A stretch of 64,000 nt of DNA from Candidatus Latescibacterota bacterium (GTDB lineage Bacteria; Latescibacterota; UBA2968; UBA8231): the NCBI GenBank assembly GCA_965203175.1, contig OZ241867.1, positions 5,760,001 to 5,824,000 of the forward strand, given 5' to 3'. The notes below the pieces were generated by a model that was not told the origin of the DNA, did not search any database, and was given only the letters and a program-made list of their open reading frames with translations. The first letter of the stretch is position 1. Every line of letters starts with the position of its first letter. Both the position numbers and the translations under genes were made by a program. This document shows, piece after piece, positions 20,201 to 29,268 of the stretch.

Positions 20201-21927
20201 CCGCTACTCTGACCTTTTTGACCTTTACCGTCAATTCCTTTACCTCGGTCAAATCCAGCCTCGACTTCTATCGCCTGCCGCGCGACACCTCGCCCCTGTA
20301 CGAGGGCGGCCTCATCCGCGACCGCGCCTGGCGCGGCATGCAGGATTCCATCTTGGACTACGTGCAGAGCGCGTTCGGCGACCGCGCCTTGGTCGTGCCG
20401 CGCGCCTGGTACTTGTCGCCAGTCGAATCCGAACGAGCCTATATCGACTTTGTCGCCACTCCAACCGGCGCGGCCAGTTTCGCGCACGGCTTGGTGGGCC
20501 TACAGCCGGCTGAAGCCGAGGTCACGGGCCTCGACGCGCACATCTCGGCGGGCCGCTTCTTCGCCGCGGGCGATGACAAGACAGTCATCTTGCCCGACAG
20601 CCTAGCCGCGCTCGTCGGCATTGGCCCCGAGGACGTGGGCACGGCTTCCATCGCGCTCTACGGCGAGGAGTACCAAGTCATCGGCCTGTTTGACAGCGCA
20701 GCCCTGAAAGAAGTCCTCGATCTCGATGGCGAGCGCCTAACGCCCGTGGATACGGTCAAAGACGCCGGCCTCATCACGCGCGAGAGCACCGAAGATCCGC
20801 GCGCCTTGGCCGCCACCGCGGTCGAGACCTTCAACCACCTCGAAGTAATCAACACGCTCTTCTTGCCCTATGAGCGGGTCCGCGCCATGGATGGCCGCCT
20901 GCGCTCCATCGCCATTGCCGCGGACGCAGACGACCCAGAATTCGTCCGGCGCGTGGAGTCCTTTATGTCGCGGGTGGCCTTGACCCTGTTCGTCGGCCAA
21001 GGCGACCGCGTCGTGGCCTACAGCTCGATTGGCTCCACCGAAATAAGCGGGGCCGGCCAGCTTTTGGTGCCGGTGATCATCGCCGCCTTGATCGTGCTCA
21101 ATACCATGATGGGGGCCGTGTATGAGCGCGTGCGCGAAATCGGCATCTACAGCGTCGTGGGCTTGGCCCCCAGCCACATCGGCCTGCTGTTTTTGGCCGA
21201 ATCCACGGTCTTTGCCACCTTTGGCGCGGTGGTCGGCTACGCCCTAGGCCAAATCGCCCATCTGTTCATGCTGCAATACGGGCTGCTCGCCGGCCTGACG
21301 CTCAACTACTCGTCGCTCTCCGCAGTATGGGCTACGGTAGTAGTCATCGGCACGGTCTATTTATCGACCTTGTATCCAGCGCGCATGGCGGCCAACATGG
21401 CCGTCCCAGACGTGACGCGGCAATGGCAATTCCCTCCCCCCGTTGGCGACCACTGGCGCTTTGACTTTCCCTTCACGGTCGGCGGAGCCGAAGTCCCGAG
21501 CATGTACGTGTATCTCAAGTCGGTCTTCGCCGCGTATGGTGAAGGCTCGATCGGCGATTTCATCGCCCGCGACGTCGATTTATCCGTCACCACCGACGGG
21601 CCGGAGCCATCCTACGCCATTGCCATGCGCACTTGGCTGGCACCCTACGACTTGGGTATCAGCCAGCAGGTGCGCCTACAGGCAACTCCCACCGGCGAGC
21701 ACCACATCTACAAAATCGAGACCCACATCGAGCGCCTCAGCGGCGACGTGGCCTCTTGGCAGCGGATGAATCGCAAATTCCTCAACGTGCTGCGCAAGCG
21801 ATTCCTCGTCTGGCGCACCCTAGCACCGGGGATCCGCCAAGAGTACCGCGAGCGCGTGTCATCCGAATTTACCCCCAATGCTGAAGACGCACAGCATACC
21901 CTCAGTAGCGCCGGACAGCCGACATGA
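17281..21927 (+). CDS. Giant M28-peptidase-like / FtsX (MacB-type) permease fusion
   Basis: N-terminal SRVTGY, PA-like region, QAHYDA..PGAESATG; central TM bundle; LSKRRLRTALT; FtsX motif AVYERVREIGIYSVVGL; start could be ATG 17302. Confidence 0.78.
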   Translation: MPDTRSSMLTKFLLFATAAFFLLSVTAFDPATISRWIERAIGWVPLREAPATDEAPSLREAVAQINATDLERHLRILTADSSRVTGYAGAANAARYIEGEFHRLGLRVTSELFPLSVPLDRGGRLRLGGSDVAFPIYGLWPNHVRSPSLPPGGVSGHLIDLGRGSLAEMDGQRLAGSIALMGFGSGNAHVEARSLGAQAILLYDDGRVTRSEAAEKFLQVPVDIPRFWVEAADAEILRQQARSGDAQVHLEARMEWEQVQARNIFAVLPGLAEDMPRGQRREIQQWDEQIIVLQAHYDAISVVPALAPGAESATGMAALLEIARLLVAEGTRYTVLFLATPGHFQGLAGVNDFLYRHARKSEHFRDQIPPAERIDFRLFVGLDLASYSPRVGSFTMGTFYNSAWRNDDYQKNLMAHYASRFARYNREIFADSARYQDAVAPQKRVWKNFMPVRLALDSEAAAFVGKEALSFVTPNQLRQRVDTPLDRLEFVALDNLAEQTRTIAGLMLKAAADPDFFNDTKLTLRDWGHSLEGNIYWFDRDVNFAVPKAPVPNALVTYLQPGPNSVAGVRTLMATHGDENGYFKFDIVRNRFANRIQAFELDEYGRIVSAPDLGEEGDKTYPGTQPYGWWENRMLQVLFRCRALSFLEVVDPRYLSAMDRVNVLGTNDAPPRSFSLNYIENQSAVQDRVVQAGVVFAEPGTRVKILAGEGAFGGESALAGVRYMLTNADSALFADLDPAHVDMATIERAQGGGFPVEQGLIPYPALQAARDIWIIDEARIKQMVRHGIVLEQLQAMHGQAREALIEARDKLAAFDYTGYQRAVRRALGLEARIYPEVKATANDAVRAVIFYFALLLPFAFFCERFFFGFPDVRRQIAGFVGIFVLVFLILRFVHPAFKLSSSPYIIFLAFVILALGVLVIFIVVTRFKALLQRRKGAVSGVHETDVGRIAAGFAAVLLGISNLSKRRLRTALTAATLTFLTFTVNSFTSVKSSLDFYRLPRDTSPLYEGGLIRDRAWRGMQDSILDYVQSAFGDRALVVPRAWYLSPVESERAYIDFVATPTGAASFAHGLVGLQPAEAEVTGLDAHISAGRFFAAGDDKTVILPDSLAALVGIGPEDVGTASIALYGEEYQVIGLFDSAALKEVLDLDGERLTPVDTVKDAGLITRESTEDPRALAATAVETFNHLEVINTLFLPYERVRAMDGRLRSIAIAADADDPEFVRRVESFMSRVALTLFVGQGDRVVAYSSIGSTEISGAGQLLVPVIIAALIVLNTMMGAVYERVREIGIYSVVGLAPSHIGLLFLAESTVFATFGAVVGYALGQIAHLFMLQYGLLAGLTLNYSSLSAVWATVVVIGTVYLSTLYPARMAANMAVPDVTRQWQFPPPVGDHWRFDFPFTVGGAEVPSMYVYLKSVFAAYGEGSIGDFIARDVDLSVTTDGPEPSYAIAMRTWLAPYDLGISQQVRLQATPTGEHHIYKIETHIERLSGDVASWQRMNRKFLNVLRKRFLVWRTLAPGIRQEYRERVSSEFTPNAEDAQHTLSSAGQPT

Positions 21928-23834
21928 CCGCACGCGCCTTCCTCATCGGCTTGGGCCTCGTGGTCCTGATCAACATCGGGGCCCCGTACAGCATCTTCAT
22001 CCTCAAGTCCTCGCAGTGGGCGATCAGCTATCTGCCCTTGAGTGTGGTCTTTCTCTTTACCGGCTTGGTCTTTCTCAACGCCACGGCCAAGTCGCTGCTA
22101 AAAGTGCGCGGCCTGAGCACCAGCGAACTGGGCCTCATCTTCATCATGTCCCTAGTGGGAGCCTCGATTCCCACCTGGGGCACCTCCACGTACATGATCG
22201 CGGTTGTCGCCGCCCCCCAGTACTTTGCCTCGCCCGAGAATCAGTGGCAGAGCAAAGTAGTGCAGCACATCGAAGAATGGCTGGTGCCCAACGACGCGAT
22301 TGCCCTCAAGTGGTTCTACAACGGCCTGCCCGCGGGCGAATCCATTCCTTGGGGCGCTTGGATCGTGCCGCTCTTTTGGTGGACCAGTTTGGTGATGGCC
22401 ATCTTCTTTTTGTGCCAGTGCATGGTCGCGGCACTGCGCAAGCAGTGGGTCGAGTACGAGCGCCTGCCCTTCGCCCTGATGGAATTGCCCCAACAGCTCA
22501 TCGCCCCGCCGCAAGGCTCTAACTGGCCTAGCTTCGTGCGGCAAAAGGCGTTCTGGTTCGGCTTTGCCCTGCCCTTTTGCATGGTCATGTGGAACGTGGT
22601 CACGTACTTTACTCCGGCCTTCCCGCCCATCCCGCGCGATCTTTCCGACCCCATCCGCATTGGCCGCGAATTTCCCGCCATCAACACCAACATCAACTGG
22701 GCCATCGTCGGCTTCACGTACTTCGTCAATCTCGACGTGTCGTTCAGCATGTGGTTTTTCACGGTGCTAACCATGCTCCAACAGGGCCTGTTCAACCGCT
22801 TTGGCTATACCATTGCCGGCCGCGACGTGTACACCCTCGGCCATCCCGGCATCGGCTGGCAGTCTTTCGGCGCGCTAATCGCCCTCGTCGGCGGAATGCT
22901 GTGGATGGCGCGCGGGCACCTCGGCGCAATCTGGCGCAAAGCCGTGCGCAACGATGCAGACATCGACGATACCAACGAGCTGATGTCCTACCGGATGATC
23001 GTCTTTGGCGGCGGGCTGGCTCTGCTCTACATCGCCTTCTGGATGTGGCGGGCCGGCATGAACCCGCCCACGGTCGCGCTCTTCATCTTGGCCACCTTGG
23101 TCCTCTACGTCGGCATTACGCGCATCATCATGGAGGGCGGCTTGCTCTTCAGCCGCGCCCCGCTAGTCGGTCAGACCTTCGTCGGCTACGCGCTCGGGCC
23201 GCACGCTACCGCGCAGAGCAACATCGCCATGGGGCTGTCCTACGGCTGGCACCACGAGCTCAAGGGCTTCTTCATGGTCGCCGCGGCCAACAGCGCCAAG
23301 GTGTCTGGCTACATTCGCGGCAACCGCCGCTGGCTGAGCTTTTTCATCCTCCTCTCGGCACTGGTGGCCCTCGTCGTCTCCATGGCCTTTGCGCTCTACA
23401 TGGGCTACTCCTTTGGCGCGTACAACTACGGAGGGTGGATCTTCGGCACGGGTTCGCAAGTGCCCTACGTGGAAAGCCTGCGCAAAATCGACCTCAAGGC
23501 CCCCGATTGGACGCGGTTGGGCCACCTCGTCAGCGGCGCGGGTGCAATGGGACTTTTGACCTTTATGCGCTACCGCTTCTCGTGGTGGCCCCTGCACCCG
23601 ATTGGCATGCCGGTCGGCATCTGTTCCTACCCCATGACCATTATCGTCTTTTCGATCTTCGTCTCCTGGCTGGCCAAATGGGCTATTATGCGCTCGGGCG
23701 GCATCGGCCTCTACCACCGCGCCCAACCCTTTTTCATCGGCCTCATTCTCGGGTACTTCACCGCAATCGGCCTGTCCTTTTGCATTGATATGATCTGGTT
23801 CCCCGGGCAAGGGCACCCGCTGTACGGAAACTAG
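21924..23834 (+). CDS. DUF6785/DUF6784-like polytopic membrane (putative peptide) transporter
   Basis: Many TM segments; LRKQWVEYERLPF, WWPLHPIG, PFFIGLILG motifs; ATGA overlap with upstream gene; paralog of 31769-33733. Confidence 0.72.
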   Translation: MTARAFLIGLGLVVLINIGAPYSIFILKSSQWAISYLPLSVVFLFTGLVFLNATAKSLLKVRGLSTSELGLIFIMSLVGASIPTWGTSTYMIAVVAAPQYFASPENQWQSKVVQHIEEWLVPNDAIALKWFYNGLPAGESIPWGAWIVPLFWWTSLVMAIFFLCQCMVAALRKQWVEYERLPFALMELPQQLIAPPQGSNWPSFVRQKAFWFGFALPFCMVMWNVVTYFTPAFPPIPRDLSDPIRIGREFPAINTNINWAIVGFTYFVNLDVSFSMWFFTVLTMLQQGLFNRFGYTIAGRDVYTLGHPGIGWQSFGALIALVGGMLWMARGHLGAIWRKAVRNDADIDDTNELMSYRMIVFGGGLALLYIAFWMWRAGMNPPTVALFILATLVLYVGITRIIMEGGLLFSRAPLVGQTFVGYALGPHATAQSNIAMGLSYGWHHELKGFFMVAAANSAKVSGYIRGNRRWLSFFILLSALVALVVSMAFALYMGYSFGAYNYGGWIFGTGSQVPYVESLRKIDLKAPDWTRLGHLVSGAGAMGLLTFMRYRFSWWPLHPIGMPVGICSYPMTIIVFSIFVSWLAKWAIMRSGGIGLYHRAQPFFIGLILGYFTAIGLSFCIDMIWFPGQGHPLYGN

Positions 23835-23837
23835 CGC

Positions 23838-25820
23838 ATGGCTCAAGACGACAAAAAATCACCCGAGCTGATTCCCTCGGACCTCCAATTTGAACCGGGT
23901 TTCAACCTCAAGACCCTGTGGGCCGCGCTGTTTGTCGGCTTCATCATGCTGCCCGGGGCCATCTACTTGGGGTTGGTGACTGGCCAGAGCATGGCCGGCG
24001 GTGCCGAGTGGGTGACGCTCATCCTCTTCATCGAAATCGCCAAGCGCTCCTTTGCGCGCCTGCGCACCCAAGAGGTGATCATTCTCTACTGGGTAGCCGG
24101 CGGCCTAGTCATGATGGGCGGCAAGTTGGGCACAGGAGCCGAACTGTTCGGCGGACCTTTTGGCGGGCTGATCTGGGACCAGTACTTGATCCAATCGCCC
24201 CAAGCCGACGGCTTGCACCAGCACATCCCCGATTGGGTGGTGCCCCCGCGCGGTTCACAAGCCCTAGAGGGACGCTCCTTTTTGCACCCCGACTGGCTCA
24301 AGCCCATCGCCCTGCTGCTGACCGTCATCGTGATGCAGAAGGTCAACAGTCTGTCCTTGGGCTACGTGCTCTTCCGCATCACCAACGACATCGAGCGCCT
24401 GCCGTACCCACTGGCCGCAGTGCAGGCTGGCGGCGCGACCGCCCTCGCCGAGAGTTCGGGACCGAGCCAAGGCTGGCGCTGGGAGGTCTTTAGCATCGGA
24501 GCCTTTATCGGCATTATCTGGGGACTGTTCTACGTAGTCATCCCCACGATCTCGGGCATTTTCTTCACCGAAACCGTGACGATCCTGCCGATTCCGTTTA
24601 TTGACCTGACCGTCTCCCTCAAGGAAATGCTGCCAGCCAGCATCATGGGCATTGGCACGGACCTCGGACACGTCATGGTCGGCTTTGTCCTGCCTTTTTG
24701 GATCGTGGTCGGCTCCTTTGCCGCGGCCTTCCTCGTCAACATCCTCATCAACCCGGTACTCTACTCGTACGACGTGCTGCACACCTGGGAGCCGGGCATG
24801 TCGGCAATCCCAACGCAGATCGCCAATTCCTTCGACTTCTGGCTCAGCTTCTCCATTGGCGGCGCAGTCCTCGTGGCCGTGATGGGTTTTGCCATGGTGG
24901 GCAAGACCCTGTGGACTTTGCGCGGGGTTAAGCGCGAAGGCGACGATAGCGGGCTACCCGCAGGACGCGGTGACATCCCCATCCCCCTCGCCTTGGGCAT
25001 CTGGGCGGTGAGCACGCTCGGCTTTGTGGTCTTGGTGTGGTATTTGGTGCCGGAATTTCCCTGGTGGATCAGTGCGTTCTTCGGCTTTGTGTGGACGCCG
25101 ATTTACTCGTACATCGGCGCGCGCATGATCGGCCTGACCGGCTCGCCGCAAGGGGCGTCCTTCCCCTATCTGCGCGAAGGCTCCTTCTACCTGTCGGGCT
25201 ATCAGGGCGCGGCCGTGTGGTTTGCGCCGATCCCGCTCTTCCAGTGGGGCTACGAAGCCGCGGCCTTCAAGCAATTAGAACTGACCCGCACCCACTTCGG
25301 CAGCATCGTCAAGCTGGCCGGCGTGACCTTGCTAATCATGTTCGTCTGCTCGTTTATATTCTGGTCTTTTATCTGGAAGCTTGGGCCGATTCCCTCGTCG
25401 GCCTATCCCTACGTGCAGAAGTTTTGGCCCTTCCACGCCACCATGCAGGCGTTCTGGGCCAAATCAACGCTCGCCGAGGGCGGCAATGAGCTGATCAGGT
25501 CCATCATTCGCTGGGAATACGTGCTCACGGGCGCGCTGGGCAGCGCGGGAATCTTGGGCGGGCTATCACTCTTGCGCTGGCCGGTCGCCCTGTTCTACGG
25601 CTTCATCGGCGGCGTGGGCGCGTGGCCGCACTTTCTGCTGCCCAACTTCATCGGTGCCTTGCTGGGCCGCTATCACTTGCAGAAGCGCTTTGGCGAAGCC
25701 CGCTGGCGGGCGTACGCGCCAATTCTCTTGGCGGGCTATTCGTGCGGAATGGGATTGGTCGGCATGTCTTCCATCGCGCTGGCGCTGATTTCTAAAGCAG
25801 TGTCGAGCATTGTGTTTTAG
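23838..25820 (+). CDS. OPT-like membrane transporter
   Basis: Many TM segments; FEPGFN, AEWVTLILF, DIERLPYP, PIPSSAYPY; 3 nt after previous stop. Confidence 0.65.
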   Translation: MAQDDKKSPELIPSDLQFEPGFNLKTLWAALFVGFIMLPGAIYLGLVTGQSMAGGAEWVTLILFIEIAKRSFARLRTQEVIILYWVAGGLVMMGGKLGTGAELFGGPFGGLIWDQYLIQSPQADGLHQHIPDWVVPPRGSQALEGRSFLHPDWLKPIALLLTVIVMQKVNSLSLGYVLFRITNDIERLPYPLAAVQAGGATALAESSGPSQGWRWEVFSIGAFIGIIWGLFYVVIPTISGIFFTETVTILPIPFIDLTVSLKEMLPASIMGIGTDLGHVMVGFVLPFWIVVGSFAAAFLVNILINPVLYSYDVLHTWEPGMSAIPTQIANSFDFWLSFSIGGAVLVAVMGFAMVGKTLWTLRGVKREGDDSGLPAGRGDIPIPLALGIWAVSTLGFVVLVWYLVPEFPWWISAFFGFVWTPIYSYIGARMIGLTGSPQGASFPYLREGSFYLSGYQGAAVWFAPIPLFQWGYEAAAFKQLELTRTHFGSIVKLAGVTLLIMFVCSFIFWSFIWKLGPIPSSAYPYVQKFWPFHATMQAFWAKSTLAEGGNELIRSIIRWEYVLTGALGSAGILGGLSLLRWPVALFYGFIGGVGAWPHFLLPNFIGALLGRYHLQKRFGEARWRAYAPILLAGYSCGMGLVGMSSIALALISKAVSSIVF

Positions 25821-25846
25821 GCTTTGGGTGTGCAACATCAGGTTGC

Positions 25847-25895
25847 AAAATGCCCCCTTTTTCGTACGTATAATGCACGAAAAAGGGGGCATTTT
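25847..25895. terminator. Bidirectional terminator between convergent genes
   Basis: Perfect 19-bp inverted repeat AAAATGCCCCCTTTTTCGT ... ACGAAAAAGGGGGCATTTT with an 11-nt loop. Confidence 0.85.
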
Positions 25896-25902
25896 TATTC
25901 CT

Positions 25903-26946
25903 TTAACCACTCACCTCAACCCCCACCTTCGCCGCACCCGCCACAATCTGCGCCCACGTCTCATCCTCTATAAAGATTCCCTCCACCTGCCGCTTCTCTG
26001 CCATCGCCCGCTCGCTATCTCCAGGCATCAAGATCGCCTCAACTCCCGGTGCAGTGGCTGCGGATTTGACAAACTCGATATACGTGTCGGCCTCGGCGAA
26101 ATAAGCGTCTAATCCCACCAGCTTTTCCACATCGAGTACCAACAGCAATGCCCCGTTGCGGAAGCGCCGATCCTGGGCGAGGCACCCAGCTCCGGCCAAC
26201 GCACCAGCCAACAACTCAACCGCCACATTCAGACCGTAGCCCTTGTGACCGAGACTGCCGCCCAAGGGCAGGATGGTGCCGGGCGGATCGGCGTACAGGG
26301 TGTTGGGATCGTTGGTCGGCTGGCCTTCGGCGTCGAGCAGCCAGCCGTCGGGCACTTCGGCACCGCGATTGCGCTGCACCCGCACCTTGCCCTCGGCGAC
26401 CGCCGACGTGGTCATGTCGAGGACGACCGACGGGCCGCTGCGCGACGGAAACGCCATGGCGATTGGATTGGTGCCGTGCCGGGCCTCGCGCCCGCCCCAC
26501 GGAGCCATGCGGCAGGTCGGCGCACCATTGACAAACATCAGGGCAATAGCAGTCTCCTCCGCAATGCGCTCCACATAGCTGCCGAGGCGGCCGATGTGAT
26601 TGGCTTGGCGGACGGAGATAGCGGCCATACCCGTGGCCTGTGCCTTCTCCAAACCCATATCCACGCCGCGACTCATCGCCACCTGCCCAAAGCCCCAATG
26701 CGCGTCGAGCACGGCGAGCGTCGGAGCCTCGTGAACCACTTCGACAGCGGCGTCTGGCACAATATCGCCAGCTTCGACTTGTCCCAAGTACTGGGGGATG
26801 CGGATGACGCCGTGCGAATCGTGGCCGACAAGATTGGCCTCGACGAGCAATTCGGCAACCACGCGCGCCTCGTCAGCGCGCATACCAGCCGCGGCAAAAA
26901 TGGAGGCGGTGGTTTCGGTCAAGGACGCTGGAGAAAAGACCGGCAT
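25903..26946 (-). CDS. Ldh_2 family (malate/L-lactate/ureidoglycolate) dehydrogenase
   Basis: True start MPVFSP at 26946 (TAATG coupling). GHDSHG, HIGRL, GTNPIA, DMTTS, GKV, GHKGYGL motifs. Confidence 0.9.
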   Translation of the reverse strand: MPVFSPASLTETTASIFAAAGMRADEARVVAELLVEANLVGHDSHGVIRIPQYLGQVEAGDIVPDAAVEVVHEAPTLAVLDAHWGFGQVAMSRGVDMGLEKAQATGMAAISVRQANHIGRLGSYVERIAEETAIALMFVNGAPTCRMAPWGGREARHGTNPIAMAFPSRSGPSVVLDMTTSAVAEGKVRVQRNRGAEVPDGWLLDAEGQPTNDPNTLYADPPGTILPLGGSLGHKGYGLNVAVELLAGALAGAGCLAQDRRFRNGALLLVLDVEKLVGLDAYFAEADTYIEFVKSAATAPGVEAILMPGDSERAMAEKRQVEGIFIEDETWAQIVAGAAKVGVEVSG

Positions 26947-27383
26947 TACTCTTTCGCTCCGCTGGCGATCCACGCGCGGATTATCTCCACCTGCTCTGCA
27001 GGCAACGGATTGCCCGGCGGCATTTGCTGGCTGATGATTTCGTCGTCGCCGCGCACCTTCAGGAGCAGGTACGACTCGTCGGGATTGCCCGGGTCGACGA
27101 GCAGGAAACCGGACCTCTGCTCGCTGGCGACGCCGACGATGCGAGTAGCAAAGTCGCCCTCCAGCGACAAACCGGCCGCGGGATCCCCGCCGCTGTGGCA
27201 ACCCGAAAAGGCGCAACTGATCGCAAAGACCTCGCTGACCTGTGCCAAGCTAGCCTCGGTAAGTTGGCCTGCGCCGTCCAACCCGTCCGGTCCCACCGTC
27301 GAGTCATCGCCCCCGCAACTGGCCCACAACAGAGCCGCGGTTAACAGCAGCGACAGACGCATAAGTCGTAGCAACATATTCAT
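26946..27383 (-). CDS. Small c-type cytochrome lipoprotein (planctomycete cytochrome c-like) with CX4CH motif
   Basis: Lipobox LWASC; CAFSGCH; VDPGNPDESYL; QMPP; IRAWIASGA. Confidence 0.72.
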   Translation of the reverse strand: MNMLLRLMRLSLLLTAALLWASCGGDDSTVGPDGLDGAGQLTEASLAQVSEVFAISCAFSGCHSGGDPAAGLSLEGDFATRIVGVASEQRSGFLLVDPGNPDESYLLLKVRGDDEIISQQMPPGNPLPAEQVEIIRAWIASGAKE

Positions 27384-27541
27384 ACCCCTCGTAGCAGTTG
27401 GTGTTTACGCGGTAAAACGCGGCGCAAGTATATAAATCGCCCTTTGGGAGGTCAATCTCCCCAGGTGACACACCTTCGCTAAAGTGTTAAATTCGCAGGC
27501 TGTTCAGATTTTTCGCCCCTGCAACCACCACAGGAGTACGC

Positions 27542-29083
27542 ATGCACCTGAGTTGGATTGACTACGCCATCGTCCTCGTCTATGTCGGCGGCACCATCGT
27601 CGCCGGCACGTTGGCGCGAGGTGCCATCAAGGGCATCTCTGACTTCCTCGTCGCCGGCCGCGGCCTCAAAACCCACATGGCCGTCGCCACTATGGTCTCG
27701 ACCGGCCTCGGGCTGGTCACAGTCATGTACATGGCCGAGGAGGGCTTTAAATACGGCTTTGTGCCCTTCGTCTTTGGCCTCATGGCCCTGATCACCACCC
27801 TGATCATCGGCCGCACGGGCTTCATCGTCAGCCGCCTGCGCCATTTGCAGGTAATGACCGTGCCCGAGTTCTACGAACTCAAGTACACGCGCGGCGTGCG
27901 CCTGCTCGGCGGCATCATCCTCGCCCTCGCCGGCACCCTCAACATGGGGCTTTTTCCCATCCTCGGCAGCAAGTTCGTCGTCGGCTTCACCGGCCTCGAC
28001 AAGGAATACGTCAACTACGTCATGATCGGCATGTTGCTCATCGTCGTCTTCTACACGCTGATGGGCGGCATGGTCTCGGTGGTGCTAACGGACTTTGCCC
28101 AGTTCGTGCTGCTGTCATTGGGATTTTTCTTCGGCACGTATGTCATTCTCAATCACCCGCAACTCGGCTGGGACAACCTCGTCCAAACCGTGCAAGTCCA
28201 CAAAGGCGACATCGGCTTTGACCCCATAGCCAACCCCGACTACGGCATCTCAATGATCTCGTTTTTATTTTTTGTCGGTTTGGTCGGCGTGGTATGGCAA
28301 CCCGAAATGATGCGGCCGCTGAGTGCCGAAAGCCCCAAGGTGGCCCGCCGCGTGTTTTGGATCGCCGCAGCCACAGTCATGGGACGGGCGATGGTGCCGA
28401 TGTTTTGGGGCATCGCAGCGCTGGCTTACTTTGGCAACCCCGAGGCCGACCCCCACTACGCCATGCCCGAAATGCTCGGCAAAATCCTGCCCATCGGCAT
28501 AGCTGGTCTGCTCATGGCCGGGATGTTCGCCGCCTTCATGTCCACCCACGACAGCTACCTGCTGGCCTGGAGCGGCGTCATCGTCCGCGATGTGGTCTCG
28601 CCGATCAAGGCCATGCTCGCCAAGTCGAGGGGTGGGCGCGAGGCAGACGGCACTTGGGGGGGGCTGTCGAGCGAGCGCGAGATCTACTGGACCCGGGCCA
28701 TCGTCGTCATCCTCGCCGCCTTCTTGGCCATTTTCGGCGCGCTCTACCAGCTTCCCGAGACGGCTTTCCGCTTTATGTACGTCACCGGCACCATCTACTT
28801 CGCCGGCTGCGTCGGCACCGTGGCCTTGGGGCTGTACTGGAAAAAGGCCAATACCCCGGGTGCGTACTGCGCCCTGATACTGGGCGCGCTGGTGCCGCTC
28901 AACTTCCTGATCATGAACGAAAATCAGCACTTGGTACCCGAGTTTTTGTTGCCGTTAGTCGAAAACTCCAATCTCGTCGGGATTACCAGCCTAGCCTTGG
29001 GCGGCCTCGCCATGCTGGTCGTCGCCTCGCTCACGCAGCGCTCGCATCCGCCTCGTCCCCTAGACTTTAGCAACATGGAGTAG
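27542..29083 (+). CDS. Sodium:solute symporter (SSS) family transporter
   Basis: AGGAG RBS; DFLVAGR, TVPEF, YTLMGG..SV..TD, AAFMSTHDS, WKKAN motifs; about 13 TM segments. Confidence 0.92.
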   Translation: MHLSWIDYAIVLVYVGGTIVAGTLARGAIKGISDFLVAGRGLKTHMAVATMVSTGLGLVTVMYMAEEGFKYGFVPFVFGLMALITTLIIGRTGFIVSRLRHLQVMTVPEFYELKYTRGVRLLGGIILALAGTLNMGLFPILGSKFVVGFTGLDKEYVNYVMIGMLLIVVFYTLMGGMVSVVLTDFAQFVLLSLGFFFGTYVILNHPQLGWDNLVQTVQVHKGDIGFDPIANPDYGISMISFLFFVGLVGVVWQPEMMRPLSAESPKVARRVFWIAAATVMGRAMVPMFWGIAALAYFGNPEADPHYAMPEMLGKILPIGIAGLLMAGMFAAFMSTHDSYLLAWSGVIVRDVVSPIKAMLAKSRGGREADGTWGGLSSEREIYWTRAIVVILAAFLAIFGALYQLPETAFRFMYVTGTIYFAGCVGTVALGLYWKKANTPGAYCALILGALVPLNFLIMNENQHLVPEFLLPLVENSNLVGITSLALGGLAMLVVASLTQRSHPPRPLDFSNME

Positions 29084-29088
29084 TGTAA

Positions 29089-29268
29089 ATGGACGTCGAA
29101 ACTTGGAAAGTCCTGTGGCAAATCGTCTTTATCGCCGCCAGCGTCCTCTTTTACGGCATTGTCATCGCCGTCGCCTACAAGGCCTTTGGCGACGTGGTCA
29201 AGATGATCCGCAACATGGCCGCCGGCCGCGGGGCCAGCGAAGCCGCCGCTGACTCCGAGCGCGCGTGA
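29089..29268 (+). CDS. 59-aa single-TM protein, likely SSS accessory subunit (missed by ORF track)
   Basis: ATG 29089 after GGAG; MDVETWKVLWQIVFIAASVLFYGIVIAVAYKAFGDVVKMIRNM...; TGA overlaps the GTG of the next gene (GTGA). Confidence 0.75.
   Translation: MDVETWKVLWQIVFIAASVLFYGIVIAVAYKAFGDVVKMIRNMAAGRGASEAAADSERA

Noticed and set aside
26947-27216. N-terminal extension of the Ldh_2 ORF in the track (start 27216)
   Set aside because: It overlaps the cytochrome lipoprotein gene and is low-complexity Arg-rich; the TAATG-coupled ATG at 26946 is more plausible.
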